Positions 9,157 through 18,765 of a stretch of DNA of 64,000 nt are shown in pieces; the first letter of the stretch is position 1, and every line of letters begins with the position of its first letter. Location: the NCBI GenBank assembly GCA_963642055.1, contig CAVIFQ010000008.1, forward strand, positions 14,805 to 78,804, written 5' to 3'. The stretch is from Roseburia hominis (GTDB lineage Bacteria; Bacillota_I; Bacilli_A; RFN20; CAG-826). The notes below the pieces were generated by a model. The model made no database searches, was not told where the DNA came from, and was given only the letters and a program-made list of their open reading frames with translations. The position numbers were made by a program, and so were the translations under genes.

Positions 9157-10377
9157 ATGCTCATCAAAAGAGAGAATTACCTAAGCAAAATAAGACCTTT
9201 CTATGATGTTGATATCATCAAGGTCCTCGTCGGTTCTAGACGCGCTGGCAAATCGTCGATCATCGAACTCATCATCGAGGAGCTTAAGGAAAAGGGAATC
9301 GATGAATCGAATATCATTTACGTCAATTTCGAAAAACTTGAATTCGAATCCATCGACGATTACAAAAAGCTCAATGACTACGTCAATGCTCATAAAGGAA
9401 CGGGGAAGCAATATCTTTTCTTTGATGAGATACATCACGTAAAAGAATTCGAGAAGGCGATAAATTCCTTTCGCGTTTCCTTTGATTCCTCCATTTTCAT
9501 CACTGGCTCCAACTCGAAAATGCTCTCTGCCGGTATATCATCATTGCTCACCGGCAGAATCATCGAATTCACCATCTATCCTTTTACTTATGAAGAGTCC
9601 GTGCGGTGTAGAAAGGCCAACGGGAATATCATAGATAATCCTTTTTACGATTATCTGAAACTAGGCGGCTACCCACTTCGGTTCAATCTGCCAGACGAAG
9701 AATCAACCAAACTGTATCTAAACGAGCTTTACGCGAATATTTGTCAGAAGGATATTTTCGCTAGAGACACCGATATCGAAAAAACCAAGTTCAATAACAT
9801 CGCCAAGTATCTTCTCGCTAACGCGGGGAAGGATTTTAATCCACAGTCGATTTATAACTACCTGAAGTCGAATAACGGCGGCAAAGAATACTGCTCCTTA
9901 TCCAGCATTTACAACTATCTTGAGAAACTCGAGAAAGTATTTTTGTTAAAGCCAATCTATCGATATAACATCGCGAGAAAAGCCGCTTTGAAGTCAAACC
10001 CCAGATATTATGCTATCGATAATGGCGTGAGGTACGTCAACGCCCTATTCAATTCTTTCGATATTGGACGGTATTTGGAGAATCTCGTATGCATTGAGCT
10101 TCTCTCGCGCGGGTATGAAGTCTACATTGGGAGCACATACAAAGGCGAGATTGATTTCATCGCCAGCAAAAACGGGAAGAAATGTTTCATCCAAGTTGCC
10201 TATATTCTGTCTGATGAAGAGACAATCAAGCGTGAATTCGGCGCTTTTTCCTGTGTAAAGGACCCATCCCCGAAATACGTTTTCAGTCTCGATAAAATCG
10301 ATATGTCAAAAGATGGCATCACTCATATCAACATCGAGGATTTCTGCTTAGGGAAAGTAGACATATTCTTGTCCTAG
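9157..10377 (+). CDS. AAA+ ATPase, DUF4143-type (paralog B); nuclease-like motif degenerate
   Basis: Walker A GSRRAGKSS and Walker B LFFDEIH. C-terminal EIDFIA...IQVAY, i.e. QxA where ExK is expected. Confidence 0.85.
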   Translation: MLIKRENYLSKIRPFYDVDIIKVLVGSRRAGKSSIIELIIEELKEKGIDESNIIYVNFEKLEFESIDDYKKLNDYVNAHKGTGKQYLFFDEIHHVKEFEKAINSFRVSFDSSIFITGSNSKMLSAGISSLLTGRIIEFTIYPFTYEESVRCRKANGNIIDNPFYDYLKLGGYPLRFNLPDEESTKLYLNELYANICQKDIFARDTDIEKTKFNNIAKYLLANAGKDFNPQSIYNYLKSNNGGKEYCSLSSIYNYLEKLEKVFLLKPIYRYNIARKAALKSNPRYYAIDNGVRYVNALFNSFDIGRYLENLVCIELLSRGYEVYIGSTYKGEIDFIASKNGKKCFIQVAYILSDEETIKREFGAFSCVKDPSPKYVFSLDKIDMSKDGITHINIEDFCLGKVDIFLS

Positions 10378-10513
10378 AATTGCAGTACCCCATCTTTGAA
10401 GCCTCCTTTCTTTGCATCGTCTCGATAAAACTATCGACAAGCCCACTTTCTTGGGATAAAGGCTTATAATTCTTAACCAAGCACTTATCTATATTTAAAT
10501 GAAAGGGATAGAG

Positions 10514-11995
10514 ATGGAAAACATACCAACTATTAAAGTCGGGATCGTGGCGGTGAGCAGAGACTGTTTCCCCATGAGCTTATCGGTTAACCGCAGAAAA
10601 GCATTGATTGAGGCTTATGAAGAAAAATACGGGAAGAATGACATTTATGAATGCCCGATTTGCATCGTCGAGAGCGAAATCCATATGGAACAGGCTCTAG
10701 AGGATGTGAAAAAAGCCGGCTGCAACGCCTTATGCGTGTATTTGGGGAATTTCGGCCCGGAAATCAGCGAGACGATGCTTGCCGAAAGATGGTCAAAAGA
10801 GACCGGTTATCCCGTCATGTTCTGCGCGGCCGCCGAAGAAAATGTCGGTGTTCTATCCTCCGATAGAGGCGATGCTTATTGCGGCATGCTCAACGCTTCC
10901 TATAACCTCAAACTCCGCAACGTGAAGGCCTATATTCCGGAAATCCCGGTTGGTGATGCCACTCACTGCGCCTCTCTCATCCATGAATTCGTGCCGATCG
11001 CGCGCGCCATCGTAGGTCTACGCGATCTAAAAATCATCACCTTCGGCCCACACCCATCCAACTTCTTGGCCTGCAACGCCCCCATCAAACAGCTCTACAA
11101 CATCGGAGTTGAGATTGAGGAAAATTCCGAGCTCGATCTTTTCGAAAGTTTCAATAAGCATGCTGGTGATGCTCGTATCAAAGCTGTCGCCGAAGATATG
11201 GCAAAAGAACTCGGCAATGGCAATCAAAAACCTGAAATCCTCGCTAAACTGGCGCAATACGAAATCACGCTCCTTGATTGGATCAACGCGCATAAAGGAA
11301 GCAAGAAATACGTTGCGATTGCTGGCAAATGCTGGCCAGCTTTCCAGACTCAATTCGGTTTTGTCCCCTGCTACGTCAATTCGCGCCTAACTGGTAGAGG
11401 AATCCCTGTATCATGCGAGGTCGATATCTATGGCGCGCTTTCCGAATATATCGGCACCGCTTTAAGTGGAGACAGCGTCACGCTCTTAGACATCAATAAC
11501 ACCGTGCCGGAAGAGATGTATATAAAGGATATAAAGGGCAAATACGATTACGCTCTCACCGATACCTTCATGGGATTCCACTGTGGCAATACCTGCGCAA
11601 GCCGCTTGTGCAACCCGACCATGAAATATCAGAAAATCATGGCGCGTTCCTTGCCAATCGAGGTCACAAACGGCACCCTTGAAGGCGACTTGAAGGCCAG
11701 CGAAGTGACTTTCTACCGCCTCCAATCCACCGCCGACAATCATCTTTACGCTTATGTCGCGGAAGGCGAGATACTTCCAGTTGCCACCCATTCATTCGGC
11801 GGCATCGGTGTTTTCGCCATCAAAGAGATGGGAAGATTCTACCGCCACGTCTTGATTGAAAACGGCTTCCCACACCATGGGGCCGTCGCTTTTGGGCATT
11901 ATGGCAAGTTGATGTATGAGATCTTCAAATACCTCGGTGCCGAGAAAATCGGCTACAACCAAAAAGAGAAATACCCAACGGAGAACCCCTTTTAA
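10514..11995 (+). CDS. L-fucose isomerase-family sugar isomerase (probable pentose/L-arabinose isomerase by context)
   Basis: About 493 aa. The SCEVDIYGALSEYI and GFHCGN segments resemble the FucI/AraA-like superfamily. It is translationally coupled (TAATG) to the kinase gene. Confidence 0.7.
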   Translation: MENIPTIKVGIVAVSRDCFPMSLSVNRRKALIEAYEEKYGKNDIYECPICIVESEIHMEQALEDVKKAGCNALCVYLGNFGPEISETMLAERWSKETGYPVMFCAAAEENVGVLSSDRGDAYCGMLNASYNLKLRNVKAYIPEIPVGDATHCASLIHEFVPIARAIVGLRDLKIITFGPHPSNFLACNAPIKQLYNIGVEIEENSELDLFESFNKHAGDARIKAVAEDMAKELGNGNQKPEILAKLAQYEITLLDWINAHKGSKKYVAIAGKCWPAFQTQFGFVPCYVNSRLTGRGIPVSCEVDIYGALSEYIGTALSGDSVTLLDINNTVPEEMYIKDIKGKYDYALTDTFMGFHCGNTCASRLCNPTMKYQKIMARSLPIEVTNGTLEGDLKASEVTFYRLQSTADNHLYAYVAEGEILPVATHSFGGIGVFAIKEMGRFYRHVLIENGFPHHGAVAFGHYGKLMYEIFKYLGAEKIGYNQKEKYPTENPF

Positions 11996-13521
11996 TGAAA
12001 ATACTCGGTATCGAATTCGGCTCGACGCGCATCAAATCCGTTTTGATTGACGAGAAGGGCAAAGTGCTCGCGACGGGCTCTTACGAATGGAAGAACGAAC
12101 TCGTGAATGGACACTGGTCCTATTCGATGAGTGATGTCAAAAAAGGACTGCAGACTAGCTATAAGGAATTACTCATCGATTACGGAAAACCGCTCGAAAC
12201 CCTCGATGCTTTGGGAATTTCGGCGATGATGCACGGATATCTCGCTTTCGATAAAAATTGGAACTTGCTTGAACCTTTTAGAACATGGCGAGACACCACT
12301 ACATCCGAAGCAGCCGAGATTTTAAGCAAAGAGCTCGAGTTCAATATGCCTCAGCGCTGGTCCTCCACGCATTTTTATCAAGCTGCGCTCAATAAAGAGG
12401 AAACGGCTAAAAAAGTCGCGCATCTTCAGACTCTCGCTGGCTATGTCCATTATCTTTTGACAGGCGTTAACGTCCTTGGGGCAGATGATGCAAGCGGCAT
12501 GTTCCCGCTTTTAGGGAGAGAATACGACAGCGAACGCGCCTTGAAATATAACGCTCTTCTAAAAGAAAAAGGCCTAAATATCGATATCAGAGATCTTTTG
12601 CCCAAGGTCCTTCTAGCTGGCGAAAAAGCTGGGAAATTGACTTTAGAAGGCGCAAAACTTCTTGATCCAAGTGGAAGTTTAAAGCCAGGCGTCCTGCTTT
12701 GCCCGCCAGAAGGCGATATGGGAACGGGCATGATTTGCACCGATAGCGTATCCCCCACGACTGCTCAAGTATCTTCAGGCACCGCCGCGAATATGTCGGT
12801 GGTTTTAGAAAAACCGCTTGAGCATTATTACAAAGAAATCGATATCATCGCTACGCCGGACGGCCATCCCTGTGCCTTGCTTCACACCAATAACTGCACC
12901 TCCGAAATCAATGAATGGGTAAATCTCTTCGAAGAGGTGGTAAAACTTTCGGGCGGAGATATCGATAAAGGCAAATTATTCACATCGCTCTTCAACAAAG
13001 CGAGCGAAAGCGATGAAGAGGTTGGGAAACTCGTGGGATACAACTACTCAAGCGGAGAGCCTCTCGCCGACACGAAAAAAGGCGCGCCGTTACTAGTTCG
13101 TCCGCAAAACGGGAAACTCAATCTCGCCAATTTCATGCAGATGCAGGTCTATTCGGCGGTGGCAGCTCTTTCTTTAGGCACCGACATCCTCAAAAAGGAA
13201 GGTGTGAAGATAAATTCAGTCACGGCTCATGGCGGTTTCTACAAAACACCGAAAATCGGCCAATTGGCCACCAGCGCCGCTCTTGGAGCGCCAGTCACGG
13301 TCACTAATACGGCGGGAGAAGGCGGAGCATACGGCATCGCTCTACTTGCGGGATTCTCTTTAAAAGGAGAAGGAACTCTTCAAGACTACCTCAATGCCAT
13401 CTTCGCCGATGCCGATAAATTGACTCTTGTTGCCGATGCAAAAGAAAAAGCCAAATACGCTGCTTTCTTCGACAATTACAAGCGTTATCTTAGTGCAGAA
13501 AGAAAGGCCAGTGAGGTGTAA
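11995..13521 (+). CDS. FGGY-family carbohydrate kinase (ribulokinase/xylulokinase-like)
   Basis: N-terminal [15 protein letters not shown] is an actin-fold phosphate-1 motif. 508 aa; sits between the isomerase and araD. Confidence 0.8.
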   Translation: MKILGIEFGSTRIKSVLIDEKGKVLATGSYEWKNELVNGHWSYSMSDVKKGLQTSYKELLIDYGKPLETLDALGISAMMHGYLAFDKNWNLLEPFRTWRDTTTSEAAEILSKELEFNMPQRWSSTHFYQAALNKEETAKKVAHLQTLAGYVHYLLTGVNVLGADDASGMFPLLGREYDSERALKYNALLKEKGLNIDIRDLLPKVLLAGEKAGKLTLEGAKLLDPSGSLKPGVLLCPPEGDMGTGMICTDSVSPTTAQVSSGTAANMSVVLEKPLEHYYKEIDIIATPDGHPCALLHTNNCTSEINEWVNLFEEVVKLSGGDIDKGKLFTSLFNKASESDEEVGKLVGYNYSSGEPLADTKKGAPLLVRPQNGKLNLANFMQMQVYSAVAALSLGTDILKKEGVKINSVTAHGGFYKTPKIGQLATSAALGAPVTVTNTAGEGGAYGIALLAGFSLKGEGTLQDYLNAIFADADKLTLVADAKEKAKYAAFFDNYKRYLSAERKASEV

Positions 13522-13523
13522 AT

Positions 13524-14213
13524 ATGCTCGAAAAATTAAAAGAAGAAGTATGCAAAGCCAACATCGCTTTATCGAAAAGCGGACTCGTGCTTTTCACTTG
13601 GGGGAATATCTCCGCACTCGATAGAGAAAGCGGGCTCATCGTGATAAAGCCAAGCGGCGTCAAATACGAAAATATGCGCCCAAGCGATATGGTAGTCGTC
13701 GATCTGAATGGGAAAGTAATCGAAGGAGAGCTTAATCCGTCATCCGATACACCAACTCATCTTGAACTATACAAAGCCCATAAAGAGATAGGCGCCATCG
13801 TCCACACGCATTCGACTTTCGCCACCGCCTTCGCGCAAGCTGGGAAAGATATAAAAGCGTATGGCACAACCCATGCCGATTATTTTTACGGCCCTATCCC
13901 CTGCACCCGCTCGCTAGAAAAAGAAGAGATGGAAGAATATGAGAAAAACACCGGCAAAGTGATAAATGAGACTTTCTTGGACAAAGATGTGATCGCCATT
14001 CCCGCGTGTTTAGTGAAGAACCATGGCGTCTTCGCTTGGGGAAAAGACGCGGAAGAAGCCTTATACCATGCCACTGTCATCGAGGAAGTGGCCAAAATGG
14101 CTTTCATCACGGAAACGCTTGGCTGTCATTCCTCCCTCCCTCAACATATTGCCGATAAGCACTACAACCGCAAACACGGGGAAAACGCTTATTACGGGCA
14201 GAAAAAGAAATAA
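13524..14213 (+). CDS. araD: L-ribulose-5-phosphate 4-epimerase
   Basis: [24 protein letters not shown]...[11 protein letters not shown]...IVHTHS are class II aldolase/AraD hallmarks. Confidence 0.9.
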   Translation: MLEKLKEEVCKANIALSKSGLVLFTWGNISALDRESGLIVIKPSGVKYENMRPSDMVVVDLNGKVIEGELNPSSDTPTHLELYKAHKEIGAIVHTHSTFATAFAQAGKDIKAYGTTHADYFYGPIPCTRSLEKEEMEEYEKNTGKVINETFLDKDVIAIPACLVKNHGVFAWGKDAEEALYHATVIEEVAKMAFITETLGCHSSLPQHIADKHYNRKHGENAYYGQKKK

Positions 14214-14243
14214 GACTCACGGCAGAAATAGAGGATGAGCAAC

Positions 14244-14728
14244 ATGACTGAAAAAGAATACGAATTTTTCTTACCAAAAAAGAATTCTCGAAGATCCTCT
14301 TTTACCAAAGAAGATGGTATTTGTTGGCGAGTCTCATAATCTTGATCCTTTTGATCGTTGATGGCGTCTTGCTCGGCCTTTCTTTGCTCACGGAAATTAA
14401 CTTCCTTTACGTTTATCCCATCCCCTTTTTGGCGATTGCGGAGGGTATCATCTATTTCTTTGCCATCACTGATGGCGGAGTTCAGATCTTCAACAAATGC
14501 AAGCTCGTCGATAAGGGCAATGGCTCTTTGACTTTATCTTGCTTAAGGCCAGGCACCTTTTCTGGAGGCGAAGAAGCAGGATTCAGCAAAACGATAAGAG
14601 TCAAATCGATAAAGGAAAAAGGTGAATACTGGATCATCCTCGGCGAAAAAAGACAGTGGGCTGCCATTCCAAAATCAATCCCAGTCACATCATTTCTTCA
14701 AGAATCGAATCCGCAAAAACCCCTCTAA
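14244..14728 (+). pseudogene. small two-TM membrane protein (YcxB-like?), apparently frameshifted near 14320
   Basis: ATG 14244 with a GAGGA RBS encodes MTEKEYEFFLPKK...KEDGI and stops at 14337-14339. The 135-aa ORF continues in another frame from a TTG at 14321. Confidence 0.35.
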
Positions 14729-15173
14729 TAAAACTCTGAATTGGTTAATCGCCAAAAACAATGCAAATCCCCACTGCTTTTTTTCATTTTTGCTCATTGT
14801 CTATAATAATGTCTCAAGACTAGGAGGCGGATTTACTTCTTTTTTCCCACACCGATGCTGGGCGCTTTTTGCCCGAGCATCAATTTGCTTCGCTTTCAAA
14901 ACGGAGATTAGATCAACCGATTCAGAACCTGCACAATCCGTGATTTTCGAAACATCTTATCTTCGTGGCAACTTTAAAGCTTTTTTGAATTGCGCAAAAA
15001 TTCTTTGTAGCATCTTCAACATGTATTAAATGGATTCATCGTATATCCAGCGATTTCATGTTATTTGCAGTGCGGTTGCAAATTTTACGCAAATGCCATT
15101 GACCGGCGCCGCGAAACAATGATCAGCTAACGTACTATCGCTTCAAATTGTGTTTTGAAACGCCAATAACGTT

Positions 15174-15202
15174 TTGACAAAATTCCTCATTTTATTCATA
15201 AT
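15174..15202 (+). promoter_or_regulatory. sigma-70-like promoter (TTGACA-17-CATAAT)
   Basis: TTGACA at 15174-15179, a 17-nt spacer, and CATAAT at 15197-15202, just upstream of the HTH gene. Confidence 0.5.
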
Positions 15203-15211
15203 AGAAGAGCA

Positions 15212-15436
15212 ATGAGCATGGAATATACAACTTCAGAAAAATTATCAAAATTATGGGGTATCTCCCCTAGGCAAATTCGAAAATACTGCGCCAACGGATT
15301 GATTGAAGGCGCCATCAAATGCGATAAGGCTTGGAAGATCCCAACTGAAGCAAAACGACCAAAAGATCACCGTATTAAAACTGGTAAATATTTCGATTGG
15401 AGAATGAAGTATGGCAAGAAAGTGGGACGAGAATAA
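15212..15436 (+). CDS. small helix-turn-helix DNA-binding protein (MerR/excisionase-like)
   Basis: 74 aa. SEKLSKLWGISPRQIRKYCANGLIEGA is HTH-like. Overlaps the downstream gene by 26 nt. Confidence 0.6.
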   Translation: MSMEYTTSEKLSKLWGISPRQIRKYCANGLIEGAIKCDKAWKIPTEAKRPKDHRIKTGKYFDWRMKYGKKVGRE

Positions 15437-16871
15437 ATTCAACACAAAAGAAGAGGATTTTTATTACGACCGCAAGAGCATCAATATCAAGCCAAAGGAT
15501 ATCGCGAAGACTATCATCTCCTTCGCTAACGCTGAAGGCGGAGTTATTGCGGTCGGTGTTGATGATGATAAATCCATCTCTGGAATCGATGGTCATATCA
15601 AGGAAATCAATGAGATCCGCTATGCCCCTTTTAATCTTTGCAAGCCATCCATCAACTGCGTTTTCGAAGAGATGCCAGTTGTAGATAAATTTGGGAAGCC
15701 TAACCACGTTCTTTTGATTCATGTCCCAATGAGTCCGAGTGTTCATGAGGACACCTCAGGCGAAGCTTATTGTAGGGTCGGCGACAAGAGTCCTAAAATG
15801 AGTTTCAACGAACGATTACTCCTTGCTTACGCTAGAGGCGAGCAAAGCTACGAAACTTCTCCGGTTTTTGGCTCTTCTATCGATGATATCGACAAAAATC
15901 TCGTGTTGGAGTACATGAAGAAAATCGATTATTCAATGTCATTTGAGAATTATATCAACGAGAATGATTTCGTTGTGAATAAGCGTGGTGAGGTATCTGT
16001 CAAAGCGATTCTTCTCTTCGGAAAAAGACCTCAGAGATACTTCGGCAGAGCACAAATCAGATTCATCAGATTCGAGGGAACGGAAGAGCTTACGGGTGCA
16101 GAGATGAACGTCATCAAAGACGAGATATTCGAGGGAAGATTACTCGATCAATTAAACGCGGCCATTGCCTTTGTCAGAACCCAAATCAAAGAGAGATCGT
16201 TCCTGGGTAAAGACGGTTTGTTCGTCACTATTCCTGAATATCCAGAATTTTGTTGGAAAGAGCTTATCGTCAATGCGGTTACCCATAGGGATTACTCTAT
16301 TTTGGGGACCGATATTCAAATCAAAATGTTTGATGATAAATTCGTTGTCGAAAGCCCAGGCGTTTTCGCTGGGACAGTCACGGAGAAGAATATTATGAAT
16401 AGCCACTTCTCCAGGAATAAAGCCATCGCCGCCTATATGAAGCAATACAAATTCGTCAAAGAATTCGGTGAGGGCGTCAAACGTATCTACAGGGAAATGG
16501 CTGATGCCAATCTCCCAAATCCAACCTTCAAAAAGCAGGATTTTATGACCATTGCAACAATAAGAAATAGCTTCATTAAAACCGATGTCCCTAACGATGT
16601 CCCTAACGATGTCCCTAACGATGTCCCTAACGATGTCCCTGAAAAAACAAACAAGGAAGATGATGTTAAAACGATCATCAAGGCAATAATCGAAAATCCA
16701 AAAATCACGAGAAAACAGTTAGCTATCCTTATCGGAAAATCAACGAAAACAGTTCAAAGGCTCCTTGCGTCAAGCGGAGAAATCAAGCATGTCGGCCCAT
16801 TGAACTCTGGCCATTGGGAAATTAGCGAATCAGAGCAAAACAAAACCAATTTTAAAAAAGGCGACGAATAG
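15411..16871 (+). CDS. AlbA_2 (Schlafen-like) plus HATPase_c_4 domain protein with a C-terminal wHTH (paralog F)
   Basis: IISFANAEGGVIAVGVDDD is the AlbA_2 motif and ELIVNAVTHRDYS...FVVESPG is HATPase_c_4-like. An internal (PNDV)n repeat is present. Confidence 0.8.
   Translation: MARKWDENKFNTKEEDFYYDRKSINIKPKDIAKTIISFANAEGGVIAVGVDDDKSISGIDGHIKEINEIRYAPFNLCKPSINCVFEEMPVVDKFGKPNHVLLIHVPMSPSVHEDTSGEAYCRVGDKSPKMSFNERLLLAYARGEQSYETSPVFGSSIDDIDKNLVLEYMKKIDYSMSFENYINENDFVVNKRGEVSVKAILLFGKRPQRYFGRAQIRFIRFEGTEELTGAEMNVIKDEIFEGRLLDQLNAAIAFVRTQIKERSFLGKDGLFVTIPEYPEFCWKELIVNAVTHRDYSILGTDIQIKMFDDKFVVESPGVFAGTVTEKNIMNSHFSRNKAIAAYMKQYKFVKEFGEGVKRIYREMADANLPNPTFKKQDFMTIATIRNSFIKTDVPNDVPNDVPNDVPNDVPEKTNKEDDVKTIIKAIIENPKITRKQLAILIGKSTKTVQRLLASSGEIKHVGPLNSGHWEISESEQNKTNFKKGDE
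16584..16640 (+). repeat. in-frame 12-bp tandem repeat (GATGTCCCTAAC x about 4.75)
   Basis: Encodes DVPNDVPNDVPNDVPNDVP within the linker of the AlbA_2 protein. Confidence 0.95.
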
Positions 16872-16950
16872 CAATAGAGGCTTTTACATTGAGTTGTCCA
16901 ACTTTTCCTAATATTTAGATGATGGCAGCAGTTCAATAAGCCGAAAACGC

Positions 16951-17002
16951 CAGTTAAGGGGGTAACTTTTGCATTATTTTCTATTTTTGCCCCTTTAACT
17001 GG
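16951..17002. repeat. 52-bp imperfect palindrome, copy X (CAGTTAAGGGGG...CCCCTTTAACTG)
   Basis: 45/52 identical to copy Y at 20069-20120, in the same orientation. Confidence 0.9.
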
Positions 17003-17055
17003 ATGATTCGAAAGTTCATTAAGAAAACATTTTGAACAGAAGATACCTATCAACA

Positions 17056-17087
17056 ATCAGTCTAGAGAGATATCAGTCTAGAGAGAT
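17056..17087 (+). repeat. perfect 16-bp tandem duplication (ATCAGTCTAGAGAGAT x2)
   Basis: Read directly; lies about 160 bp upstream of the abiEi start. Confidence 0.9.
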
Positions 17088-17246
17088 ATTAGATAGAGTC
17101 ACTTCTCTCTTTGGTGGTGCCTCAAAGCAGTGTTTTTTCATGTAGGTCGCCACTTAATCTTGTAACGATATCACTCTGAATTCGATCTTGACGTATTATT
17201 GTTTTGCTCCATTAAATCCAATATAATTGTATTTAGAGGTGCAAAT

Positions 17247-17840
17247 ATGATTATTACGATATCCATGCTCAAGGATAAATTTCGTGATTACGCAAATCCT
17301 CTCGACAAGATAAAAAGGGATGCGGATAAAGGTCTTATCATTAGACTTACCAAGGGCATTTACGAAACCGACAAGAACGTTGACCCGTGCCTATTGGCTT
17401 CGTCTATCCTTTCTCCATCCTATCTCAGTTTCGACTGGGCTTTGTCTTATTATGGATTGATCCCTGAAAGAGTGGCTTCTATCACCTCCGCTACTTTGGG
17501 TAATCGAAAAAACAAGACTTTCGAAAACTATTTCGGGAGATACGAATATACGGATATACCCGCTAAAGCGTTCTCGGAAGGGCTAACGTATCTTGAAAAC
17601 AGGGACTATATTGTGAAAATCGCGACCAAGGAAAAGGCGATATGCGACTCCCTCTGCAAATGGAGAGTGGCAAAAAATGTCAAAGAGCTCAAAGAGCTTC
17701 TATTTATGGATAAGAGGTTCGATGAAGAAGAATTTGAAACTTGTGATTTCAAACTAATGGCTAGTCTCGCCACTCTATATGACAAAAAGAACCTCAAATT
17801 GCTAATAAAGCTCATCAGAAAGGAGTATCTCCATGAGTAG
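17247..17840 (+). CDS. AbiEi-family type IV antitoxin/transcriptional regulator
   Basis: About 197 aa. The GLIIRLTKGIYET segment, size and 8-nt overlap with an AbiEii gene fit AbiEi. ATG has an AGAGGTG RBS. Confidence 0.7.
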   Translation: MIITISMLKDKFRDYANPLDKIKRDADKGLIIRLTKGIYETDKNVDPCLLASSILSPSYLSFDWALSYYGLIPERVASITSATLGNRKNKTFENYFGRYEYTDIPAKAFSEGLTYLENRDYIVKIATKEKAICDSLCKWRVAKNVKELKELLFMDKRFDEEEFETCDFKLMASLATLYDKKNLKLLIKLIRKEYLHE

Positions 17841-18705
17841 CGTTATCGAAATGATGCTCACAAAATATAATCCCAAGAACAACGAAGAAAGGGAGAATGC
17901 CGCCAAGGAAATAATCCAGGAAATCGCTTTGGCGGGTCTTTCGCGCGGAGGTTTCTTCGAGAAAGCCGCCTTTTACGGAGGCACGTGCCTAAGGATTTTC
18001 CATGGTCTCAACCGCTTCAGCGAGGATCTTGATTTCGCGCTACTAGAAGATGACCCCGATTTCAAATTGAATAAGTATTTCGGGGCTCTGGAAAGGGAAT
18101 TCGCCTCTTATGGAATAGAAATCCACGTTGAGGAAAAGAAGAAGACTTTCGACTCGGGCGTTCAAAGTGCATTCCTCAAGGGCAATACATTGGCTTTGAT
18201 GATGAGCTTCTTCCCCAAAAACGAAGAAGCAAAGAAAATCATCTCGAATCAGAAAATGAAGATCAAATTCGAGGTGGACACCGAGAAAATAGATGGCGGA
18301 AGGACCAAGACGAAATATAGGTTTCTCCCAGCCCCATATGAAGTAAAAGTATTTGATGAACCCACTTTATTCACTGGTAAAATCCACGCGATTATTTGCA
18401 GGAATTACAAAAATCGCGTAAAAGGGAGAGACTACTACGACTATCTTTTTTATATCGGCAAGGGTTCAAGATTTAACCTCGTTTATCTTGAGAACAAACT
18501 CAAAAATTCCAATCTGCTTTTGCAAAACGAAAGCCTGACGCTTACCCAGGTCAAGGAGATGTTAAAGGAAAGATTTGAAGGCGTCGATTACTCGTCGGCC
18601 AAAGAAGACGTGTCGAATTTCATAACCGACAAAGATAGCTTGAGATTGTGGAAGAAAGAGTTATTCCTCGCGACGCTTGAAGAGCTAAAAGCAGTAAGCG
18701 ATTAA
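17833..18705 (+). CDS. AbiEii/AbiGii-family nucleotidyltransferase toxin
   Basis: FYGGTCLRIFHGLNRFSEDLDFAL matches the AbiEii NTase motif (GGTxL...R.SxDLDF). Confidence 0.85.
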   Translation: MSSVIEMMLTKYNPKNNEERENAAKEIIQEIALAGLSRGGFFEKAAFYGGTCLRIFHGLNRFSEDLDFALLEDDPDFKLNKYFGALEREFASYGIEIHVEEKKKTFDSGVQSAFLKGNTLALMMSFFPKNEEAKKIISNQKMKIKFEVDTEKIDGGRTKTKYRFLPAPYEVKVFDEPTLFTGKIHAIICRNYKNRVKGRDYYDYLFYIGKGSRFNLVYLENKLKNSNLLLQNESLTLTQVKEMLKERFEGVDYSSAKEDVSNFITDKDSLRLWKKELFLATLEELKAVSD

Positions 18706-18765
18706 GCGAAAATCCCCGCAAATCCCATGTTTTTCTTTTGTGATGTCTAGTGATATGCTTTCTTC

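Noticed and set aside
8945-9184. 79-aa ORF between the two 40-bp palindromes.
   Set aside because: It is AT-rich, low-complexity and Lys/Leu/Ile/Phe-dominated. It has no RBS and overlaps the real start of ATPase B, so it is most likely non-coding.
14622-15029. 135-aa ORF in the long intergenic region before the HTH gene. The ORF 4762-4962 is a similar case.
   Set aside because: It overlaps the end of the preceding gene in another frame, has an unusual composition and lacks an RBS. The 4762-4962 ORF is the antisense translation of the iteron array.
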